Positions 31,871 to 39,466 of a stretch of 39,466 nucleotides of DNA are shown piece by piece. Below the pieces are notes generated by a model. The model ran no database searches. It was not told the origin of the DNA and worked only from the letters and a program-made list of their open reading frames with translations. Every line of letters begins with the position of its first letter. Within the stretch, counting starts at the first letter, position 1. The translations under genes were made by a program, and so were the position numbers. The stretch is from Verrucomicrobiota bacterium (GTDB taxonomy: Bacteria > Verrucomicrobiota > Verrucomicrobiia > Opitutales > Coraliomargaritaceae): the NCBI GenBank assembly GCA_039815375.1, contig JBCBZJ010000027.1:1-39466 (forward strand), read 5' to 3'.

Positions 31871-34800
31871 CCGATCCGCCTTTCGCATGTCCATTCTTCA
31901 GAGAATTGGACCAATGGCATGACCGTGTGGGTAACCTCCCGAAAGATGTCTGTATCGTCTTCGCTCAGTTGTGTAACTCTCTCTACGATACATATCAGTG
32001 CTCTGGATCTTTCACCTGACACCAATTCCATTTCATATCCAGAGGTTACTTTGACTGCCTCAATCATCTTGACGACCTCAAAGGCTTTACCGAAGTATCC
32101 ATAATCCGCATACCTACATGCAATCTCAGCCAATTCGAGGGGTTGCGCCCATGTATCCTCTATTAAATTGACTGTCTCTATAGCTTGAATCAGAAGCTGC
32201 TCAGTCTGTTGCTGTTGCCCGTGCTTCGCATACTCGTCTGCAATCGAGATCAATGCCGCTGATCTCAACCATGCATCCTCTGTTGTATTAGCTATTTCAA
32301 GCGCCTGCTTCAGAAGCTGTGATGCTTGCTGCTGTTGCCCAGTCTGCGCATACATGCCTGCAATCTCGGTCAAAGACCATAATGGAATCTTCGTGCTGGT
32401 CTGAGTAATGTCTAGGGCTTGAGACAATAATAACGAGGCCTCTTCGTACTGTTTAAGCTCAATATACCTGCCTGCGATTTCGACCAATGTAGAGGATCTA
32501 TAAGCCCCACGCGACCTCTCAATCAATTCAACCGTCTTGATTGCTTGGTTGAAGTCCCCTGCCTGAGCGTAATTGCCTGCAATCGAGCGCAATGTCCCCC
32601 ACTTATTATAATCTTCCAGCATTACTACGGTAACTTCACGGACTTGAGACAGAAACTTCACCGCTTTCTCTTGTTGCCCAAGTTCGGCATATTTTCCAGC
32701 AAGCTCAACCAAGGCTTTAGTTTGTTCCCCAGAATCCAACATTGACTGAGCTGACTGTAAAGCCTCAGAAAGGAGCCGAGCTGCCTGCTCCGTTTGTCCA
32801 ATTACCCCATACTCTCCCGCAAGCTCGGCTAAGACTCCAGGCCTTCCGCCAGTATGTTGCCCCATAGATCTAGCCATCTTAAGTGCCTGATCAAAATCGC
32901 CTGCTTTAGCATAATTGACTGCAAGCTCATGCAAGACTTCATCGCTTAGCAGTCTGTCCTCATGAATCGTGGCAGCATTGAGGGCTCGAGACAGCAACTG
33001 CTCCCCTTGCTCCTTTTGCCCGATCTCAAAATACTTAACTGCAATCTCAAACAATGCCTTAGGTCTATCTGAATACTTTATTGTCTTCGCCGTCTCGATG
33101 GCTTCAGAGAGAAGCATCAACGCCTGCTCCCTTTGCCCTGTCTGCACATATTTACCAGCAATCACAGTCAATCCGCTGTATTGATCATTCGACTCCATCA
33201 TCTCAACAGCCTGAAGGGCTAGGTTAAAATCCCCGGCTTCCACTGCCGTCTCCGAAATCGTCCTCAGCACTTTGGAATCCAAGCTTGCGTCTTTTATGGT
33301 CTTAGCTCTCTCAAACGCTTGCACCAGCATGTGCCCGGCCTCCTCGGTTTGCCCGATTTCGACACATTCGCCTGCAATAACGGCCAAAATTAGGGCTTTA
33401 TCCTCTGTAGATTCCATCGCCTTGACCGTCTTGAGGGCTTGGTTAAGGTCCCCGAGTTTCGCATATGTCTCTGCAATTTCACGTAATACATTGCGAGCAT
33501 GGTTAGCGCTTCTCGTCTGGGCGGTTGCATAGGCCTGAGAGAGAATCTGCGCTGCCAGTTTCTTCTTCCCTACCTCCACACACTTGCCTGCAATCTCGAC
33601 CAGTACTTCGGATTTATCAGATGCATCGTCTATTGCCTGTGCGACCAGGAATGCTTGGTTAAAGTCTCCCGCCTTTGCATATTCCCTCGCAATCTTGACC
33701 AATGCGTCGAATTTTAAATATGTATAATTTGTATGATCGATCGTCTCAGCGGTCTTGAGAGCTTGGTCAAATTCTCCAATCTCTGCATATTTCACTGCAA
33801 CCTCGAACAATGCATTCGACCTTAAACGTATAGTATGTATCGGCTCGACTGTCTCAAAAACTTGCGAAAGCAGCTTAGTCGCCTGATCTTTTTGTCTATT
33901 CTTTGCATACTTGCCTGCAATGTCAGCTAAGACAGCAGCTTTTACATCTGCTTCTATTATCGATTTTGCTGTCCCATACGCTTGAGACAGAAGCTGCGCC
34001 GCTTGTTCTTCTTGCCCGTTCTTTGCATACTCGTGAGCAATGTCGACCAGGGCCCTAGATTTATCACGCGCACGCCACTTTGTCGTCCTGTAAGTTTTTA
34101 AGATTTGCGGCACAAGTTTCGCTGCCTGCTCCTTTTGCCCTATCTCCGCATACTTCCTTACGATATCAGAAATTACCGAGGATTGATATGATGCACTCTC
34201 AATCGTATTGGCTACCTCAAGGGCATAGTCAAAGTCTCCCATCTCCACATACGCACATCCTATATCGGCCACTGCCCGAGAGTTACTCAACACAACACTA
34301 TCATATGTGCGCACGACCGTCTGCTCGATATGGAGAGCGTGAGACAAAATCTGAGATGCCTGCTCTGGTTGGCCAAGTTCGGCATACTTGCCTGCAATCG
34401 CGCACAACAGCTTTATGTCTGGCGATGTATTTGCCTTGGCGATCTCTTGAGCTTCAGACAACAACTGCAATGCCTGCTCATGTTGACCAGCCTCCGCATA
34501 CTTGCCCGCGATCCTAGCCATAGCTATGGATCGATCTGATCTGTCTTCTATCGTATTTGCTACCAGCAAAGCACACGACAGCGGATGCTGTTCGGCTTGC
34601 ACCAGTTTTTCTAGAGAAGCTTCCAGTTGGCGAAATTGAAGTAGTGTCAACCCCGAGAACATTGTGCCCTCAAGCAAGAGCGTAAGATCGCTCGAGGAAG
34701 ACTCTGCCAGAATATGATCGATTCGAATCTTCGCTTCTCTGTATGACTTCAATACATCAGAATAGCTGACATTGCTATACCTGCTTCGGTCAGTAGCTTG

Positions 34801-34987
34801 AGATGCCTTGTCCGCACTTCCGTTTGAAGGGTCAGAACACCCCATGATGAGTAAAACTAGAGGAAGAATTGAAAGTGCGCTCAGTCTCATGCGTAGTGTT
34901 ATCATCTAGCGAGAGTTTGTGTTAAAATTCGGAACGCATTTGATTGTAGGATCTAAATTTTGGACCTAAAGGTCTTTCCAACGACTT

Positions 34988-35235
34988 ATGAAACAACAAA
35001 AAAAGCGCTTTGAAAACGCAATTGACGATATTTCTAGCTACGCTGGTCGGGTGGATGAACCGCAAGCAGTCTGATGTGATTAACTATCTGCATGCGGAGA
35101 ATGAAATCCTCAAAGAGCAGCTTGAAAAGAAAGGCGTGAAGCTGGCCTTATGCCCCTATAAATAAGGGTAGCAGGGTTCAGTCGTAAAATTTGAACGGCT
35201 CGGAGGACTGTTAAATTACTATCATCGAGAAATGG
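34988..35235 (+). pseudogene. Internally deleted 'integrase core domain' (rve/DDE) transposase remnant
   Basis: The frame from 35010 reads LATLVGWMNRKQSDVINYLHAENEILKEQL, two stops, then GSVVKFERLGGLLNYYHRE. These resemble the N- and C-termini of a transposase family common in PVC bacteria (recalled pattern); the middle is absent. Confidence 0.7.
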
Positions 35236-35370
35236 AAAGGAGCCTGCCTTACGATCTGCCTAGTTGCGACGACACGCGCATAATCGGCTTCGTGCAATCG
35301 AAAGCTGATCGAACGCGATAACCGCGTATGGTTACGGTTCATAAGCACGGCTCCACACGTCTTGATCGTC

Positions 35371-35510
35371 GGGGGGATGCAACGGGGGCTTTAGCCCACC
35401 CTTGCCGGGATGGAGTTTCAAAATTTGAAACGCGTCTTTGTATACAAAGGCACATCTCGCTACCCCTAAGCAGACCATAGCAGTAATCCGTATACACCGG
35501 CGTATACAAA
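35371..35510. other. oriT-like palindrome cluster (putative)
   Basis: G/C-run hairpin 35379-35405, palindromes GTTTCAAA-A-TTTGAAAC (35415-35431) and CTTTGTATACAAAG (35436-35449), and direct repeats CGTATACA (35489-35496, 35501-35508). Function inferred. Confidence 0.4.
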
Positions 35511-35558
35511 TATGAAGGACAGGCATGCTATCTCCTTTCAGTTGTGTTGAATCTTCAG

Positions 35559-35590
35559 TTGACCCATGATAGTATCAAATGATACTATCA
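35559..35590 (+). promoter_or_regulatory. Sigma70-like promoter overlapped by a perfect operator palindrome, upstream of fic
   Basis: TTGACC (35559-35564), 18 nt, TACTAT (35583-35588) with extended TG. Palindrome TGATAGTATCA-AA-TGATACTATCA (35567-35590). Confidence 0.7.
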
Positions 35591-35594
35591 GTAT

Positions 35595-36560
35595 ATGAAC
35601 CCACCTTTCAGCATTACGCCAAAAATTCTCGATGAAATCAGCCGTATCGAGCGATTGATCGGTCGTATTGAAAGCTTCGATCAACCGAAACCGCAGCCCT
35701 ATCTGCGTAAATCAAACCGCGTCCGAACTGTTCAGGGAAGCCTCGCCATTGAAGGCAATACCCTCGATCTGGAACAAATCACCGCCCTTCTAGAAGGCAA
35801 AACGGTCGTCGGCAAACCATCGGAGATCAAAGAGGTCTTCAATGCCATTGAGGTCTACGACTCCCTGCCGAAATTCGATCCCTACTCCGCGAAATCCCTG
35901 CTGGAAGCACACCGTGGGATGATGACCGAGCTCATACCATCAGCGGGCAAATGGCGGCGTGGCGACGTTGGCATTCTAAAAGGAACTGCGGTTTCCCATG
36001 TCGCGCCAGCTGCAGATAGAGTGCCCCACCTAATGGCCGACCTCTTTGAATTCACGCGCTCCAGCACACACCACAAATTAATCACCGGCTGTGTCTTTCA
36101 CTACGAACTGGAATTCATTCACCCATTCGAAGATGGCAACGGACGCATAGGACGCTTCTGGCACAGCGTGTTACTCTATCACTACCACCCGGTCTTTGAA
36201 TTTATCCCGGTAGAATCACTCATCAAGGAACACCAGGAAGCTTACTACACAGCTCTTGAACAATCCGACCGTGCCGGACATTCCGATGCCTTCATTGAAT
36301 TTAGCTTGTCGATGATCCGCCAATCGCTCTCTGATTTTGTCGATGCACTCCGCCCCCCTCCAACAACAGTCGATACCCGCCTGGAAGTTGCACGTGGGCA
36401 TTTTAAAGCGGAGCAATTCTCGCGCAAAGACTACATGCAGCGGTTTAAAAACATCTCCAGCGCAACCGCCAGTCGTGACCTTCGAACCGGTGTAACCAAC
36501 AAACAACTACAGAAAAGCGGAAGCCATGCGCAAACCGTCTATTCGTTTAAGAACGGATGA
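35595..36560 (+). CDS. Fic family protein (class II) with a C-terminal HTH-like region
   Basis: Catalytic HPFEDGNGRIGR, inhibitory SLAIEGN motif, C-terminal ISSATASRDL...Y. Confidence 0.93.
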   Translation: MNPPFSITPKILDEISRIERLIGRIESFDQPKPQPYLRKSNRVRTVQGSLAIEGNTLDLEQITALLEGKTVVGKPSEIKEVFNAIEVYDSLPKFDPYSAKSLLEAHRGMMTELIPSAGKWRRGDVGILKGTAVSHVAPAADRVPHLMADLFEFTRSSTHHKLITGCVFHYELEFIHPFEDGNGRIGRFWHSVLLYHYHPVFEFIPVESLIKEHQEAYYTALEQSDRAGHSDAFIEFSLSMIRQSLSDFVDALRPPPTTVDTRLEVARGHFKAEQFSRKDYMQRFKNISSATASRDLRTGVTNKQLQKSGSHAQTVYSFKNG

Positions 36561-36721
36561 ATCTAGGCTAAGCCGCTGATTTCATTGGCCGAAGCAATAT
36601 AGTGGCCGACAGCTCAGGCATGTCGCGCCAACGACCATCACGCCATCTTCAACCGGAGTTAAAATAATCTTCGATAGTCAACTCTCGAAAATTCTCCCGA
36701 GCTTCTATTTGAGGCAGTCCT

Positions 36722-37017
36722 TCATCTCTGCAATGCCTTGCTCAGATGGGGGGAATTTTACGGCCATCCGTTTGCAGGCCAAATTGACGGCTGATAGAAG
36801 ATTGCAAGCTATCACGATGAAGCATCTCACCCTCAATCTCAGACGTTTTCAGGGCCTCCGTGCCAATAAGATCAATTGTCAGCAAATCCTTCTCGTCAGC
36901 ATCTAAGTGACGAAAAGCACCTATCAAAATTCTAGCTTCTTTCAGGAACCCGGATTCCAAAGCGGACACATCGTAGGTAAATTTAGGCCAATCAGACCGC
37001 TGCCAATTCCATATCAT
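36722..37017 (-). pseudogene. Truncated, frameshifted DUF4172-type Fic gene
   Basis: MIWNWQRSDWPKFTYD...TSEIEGE...SLQSSI. Removing one base of the G6 run at 36748-36753 restores KIPPSEQGIAEM, after which similarity ends; no catalytic motif. Confidence 0.8.
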
Positions 37018-37045
37018 GATCGATAAGATAGCTTTTTATCTATCA
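37017..37045 (-). promoter_or_regulatory. Operator-like inverted repeat at the start of the Fic pseudogene
   Basis: TGATCGATAA-N9-TTATCTATCA (arms match 9/10). Confidence 0.55.
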
Positions 37046-37089
37046 CGCAACTTATGCATCGGCCTGCGTGATCGCTTCAATCGCTGCCT

Positions 37090-38376
37090 TCAGCCGAGAG
37101 GATGATCACTTCGGTATGTCTTTCTTTCGCCAAGTTTCACGGGGATGATCATTTTTTTTCCAGAGCGAAAGACTTCCAGTTCTACCACATCTCCCGGAGA
37201 ACGACTGGAGATCATGTAAGTAATGTCTCTGACCGAGTCGATAGCCTCTTTATCGACAGAAAGAATGACATCTCCCACGACAATACCAGCCTCATCCGCT
37301 GCTTCCTCCTCGATCACTTTTTGAATCAGCACGCCTTTGTTAGTCCTGAGGCCAAGCTCCCTCGCCTTCTCAATGGTTAGAAAAGCGCTTATCACACCCA
37401 TTGAACCACGGCGCAGTTTACCTCCGGTGATGATCTGCTGCGTGACGTGACCGGCTAAATCTATAGGTATGGCAAAATTAATGCCTATGGAGCCCCCGCT
37501 TGTTGAACGAATAGCCGTATTAATACCCACAACTCTGCCCAGAGCATCGACCAAAGGGCCACCACTACTCCCGCGGTTCACGGCTGCATCGGTCTGGATA
37601 AAATTTTCTATGGCGAGTGTTTCTTTAAGTCCATGGGTTCGTCGCAGTGTTCTATCAATAATGCGCAGGTCGGTTCGATTGAGTGCAGAGATAATTCCCT
37701 GTGAGACTGCCATTCCGATCTGCATGGGATTACCAACTGCAAACACCACATCACCCACTCTCACTTGCTTACTGGAGCCCAGAGTAGCTATAGGCAGGTC
37801 AGGCTGGTCTATCTTCACAACGGCTAAATCCGTCGCCGGATCAAAACCGATGATTTCCGCTGAAGATTCCCGCCCATCATTCAGCCTCACATTGACCAGA
37901 AGCGTATCCTCCAGGTTATCCAGATCGAGATACGAGTTACCCTGCAGCACATGATAATTGGTCAAAATGTAACCACTTTCAGTGACAATGAATCCACTCC
38001 CACTGCCTTCATCCATATATTGATAGACTAATTTTTCTTTAGTGTCTGACTCAACTTGTTTGGCAGATTGTTTATGACTGCCTGGCGTCTGCTCGGCCAC
38101 CTTGGTTGGCCCGGAAGATGTGGATGTGATGCGCACCGGACGTTCGCGATTCAGCTCTCTTTTTACAGAAATAGATACCACTGCGGGTATAACTTCATCG
38201 AGCATATTGGCGTAACTGACTATGCGTCCATGCGGGTTAGAGCGATCTAGACTTTCGCCGTCTATTTTTAGTTTAAAACTCTTATCAACCTTAAGAAGCA
38301 AAGGATTTAAAATCAGCCAGAGGGCAAGAGCCATGACCCCGATACCCAAGAAAAGTTTACCTAGTCTATCAAACAT
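37090..38376 (-). CDS. HtrA/DegS-like trypsin serine protease, membrane-anchored, single PDZ domain
   Basis: GSGSGFIV, TNYHV, TDLAVVKI, IQTDAAVNRGSSGGPL, GINTAI, PDZ (AADEAGIVVGDVI). SD-like AGAGGAGA upstream. Confidence 0.92.
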   Translation of the reverse strand: MFDRLGKLFLGIGVMALALWLILNPLLLKVDKSFKLKIDGESLDRSNPHGRIVSYANMLDEVIPAVVSISVKRELNRERPVRITSTSSGPTKVAEQTPGSHKQSAKQVESDTKEKLVYQYMDEGSGSGFIVTESGYILTNYHVLQGNSYLDLDNLEDTLLVNVRLNDGRESSAEIIGFDPATDLAVVKIDQPDLPIATLGSSKQVRVGDVVFAVGNPMQIGMAVSQGIISALNRTDLRIIDRTLRRTHGLKETLAIENFIQTDAAVNRGSSGGPLVDALGRVVGINTAIRSTSGGSIGINFAIPIDLAGHVTQQIITGGKLRRGSMGVISAFLTIEKARELGLRTNKGVLIQKVIEEEAADEAGIVVGDVILSVDKEAIDSVRDITYMISSRSPGDVVELEVFRSGKKMIIPVKLGERKTYRSDHPLG

Positions 38377-38400
38377 GTATGTATTCTCCTCTATCTCACT

Positions 38401-38433
38401 AAATAAAAAGTGCCCCTGAAACCAGGAGCACTT
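38401..38433 (-). terminator. Probable intrinsic terminator between the last CDS and the protease gene
   Basis: Minus strand AAGTGCTCCTG-GTTT-CAGGGGCACTT followed by TTTATTT. Confidence 0.7.
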
Positions 38434-38516
38434 CTGTCTTACAAATCTATTTTTATCGCTAGCGTTTGTTTTTCAAAAGCGATTTCGCGCTCGAACCTGC
38501 ACAACTAAAGTTAGGA

Positions 38517-39464
38517 TTAGTGACCACCAAGGCCACCCGTATCATCGTCATTGGCTCTATCTGGAACCGCAGGCGGTGCATCTGAGACATCAATGGTAAT
38601 CCAACAAATGCGGAAATCTGCTGAAATATGGGCATTCGGCACAATCGTCAAATTACCATCGCTCACATACAGATCGCTAACCGTGTGCTGATCGTAGTTA
38701 TTATAGTAGTTAAAGTCCTGAACGTTAAAACCTTCCATAATTATGGATTGATCCATACCATTTCGAGCTGAATTACGATCTGGGTCTCCCAATTGGATAG
38801 TGATATCGTAATACCCTTCCGGTAATTGAAACTCCCAATAAGCGCCTCCTGCATAAATCAGAGTGTCCAGCTCTTGGGCAGCATTGATATTCCGTTCCCG
38901 TGCGTGGGATGTCACATCCTCAGACCATCCATAACTCCATCCATTGTGAACGCCATAGGCCGAACCATCATCGACCATGTAGCCATCTGGGACTTCTGCA
39001 CCCGCCGGCTGAAAGTTTATATCGTAGGGCGGCGAGAAGGGAAATTGTTGATCCATATCATATATATAAAAGAGCTGGTCGTCTATATTCTCCATCTCAG
39101 TCAACTGAGGAATACCCACAACCCGGCATTCGTCATCATGCACCTGCGTAGGATAGGAGTGGCCGAGATCTTCGTCATACAAAAAAGAGCGTAAGGCATA
39201 TACATCGGTATAACGTTCATGGTCCACCGGTATTTTCATAAAGAGGCTGGCTCCACCGTTGTAAAGATCACGCCCATCCCCTGCTGCTCGCAGCTCAAAC
39301 TTACTGCTGCCATGCCCATCTCGGATATAAACGGAATTGTGATTACTTTTGCTGACAAAGGCGACCACGCTCGCCCCCGTTTCATCCAAGATCCACTCAT
39401 TCATATAAAAGCGCTCCGAGTCGGATGCACCGGTAGGTTCACCGGAAAGAAAGACTTTAGCGCG
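38517..39464 (-). CDS. C-terminal part of a larger protein ending in a galactose-binding/malectin-like beta-sandwich domain (5' end outside the window)
   Basis: The frame stays open upstream of ATG 39404 to the edge (RAKVFLSGEPTGASDSERFYM). Motif INFQPAGAEVPDGY...YGW...RERN...DTLI...WEFQLPEGYYDITIQLGDP. Confidence 0.7.
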   Translation of the reverse strand, partial: RAKVFLSGEPTGASDSERFYMNEWILDETGASVVAFVSKSNHNSVYIRDGHGSSKFELRAAGDGRDLYNGGASLFMKIPVDHERYTDVYALRSFLYDEDLGHSYPTQVHDDECRVVGIPQLTEMENIDDQLFYIYDMDQQFPFSPPYDINFQPAGAEVPDGYMVDDGSAYGVHNGWSYGWSEDVTSHARERNINAAQELDTLIYAGGAYWEFQLPEGYYDITIQLGDPDRNSARNGMDQSIIMEGFNVQDFNYYNNYDQHTVSDLYVSDGNLTIVPNAHISADFRICWITIDVSDAPPAVPDRANDDDTGGLGGH

Positions 39465-39466
39465 CA

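Noticed and set aside
34998..35005. A_AAA_AAG programmed -1 frameshift signal in the transposase remnant
   Set aside because: A -1 shift runs into TGA within three codons; the homologous frame needs +1, so this looks like decay.

Overview
Most of the window (~1990-31756) is ordinary bacterial chromosome, inferred from gene style to be Verrucomicrobiota/Opitutia-like. It carries ilvB (5'-truncated), a DUF481-type beta-barrel, hrpB, ilvA, an AEC transporter, SIS and DoxX proteins, an exbB-exbD-moxR-DUF58-Bat-type cluster, leuCD, HU, ygfZ, DAHP synthase, divergent mqo/mdh, a prepilin-like gene and tmRNA (ssrA). Two parts are not ordinary. (1) Bases 1-~1988 look foreign: one minus-strand frame of over 630 codons, broken by a single TAG, encodes a Cys-rich protein resembling eukaryotic Sola/DUF7869-type transposases. 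It abuts an ilvB that has lost its N-terminus, so this is an assembly chimera or a real insertion. (2) Downstream of ssrA lies what looks like a decayed island. It has a 21-bp duplication of the tmRNA 3' end, a 1043-aa TPR-like lipoprotein whose tail is read through that duplicate, an internally deleted transposase, an orphan oriT-like palindrome cluster, an intact and a pseudogenised Fic gene with related operators, an HtrA protease and a carbohydrate-binding-domain protein. Two MITE-like elements, one ERIC-like, flank the AEC gene. All family assignments come from motif recognition; no searches were run.
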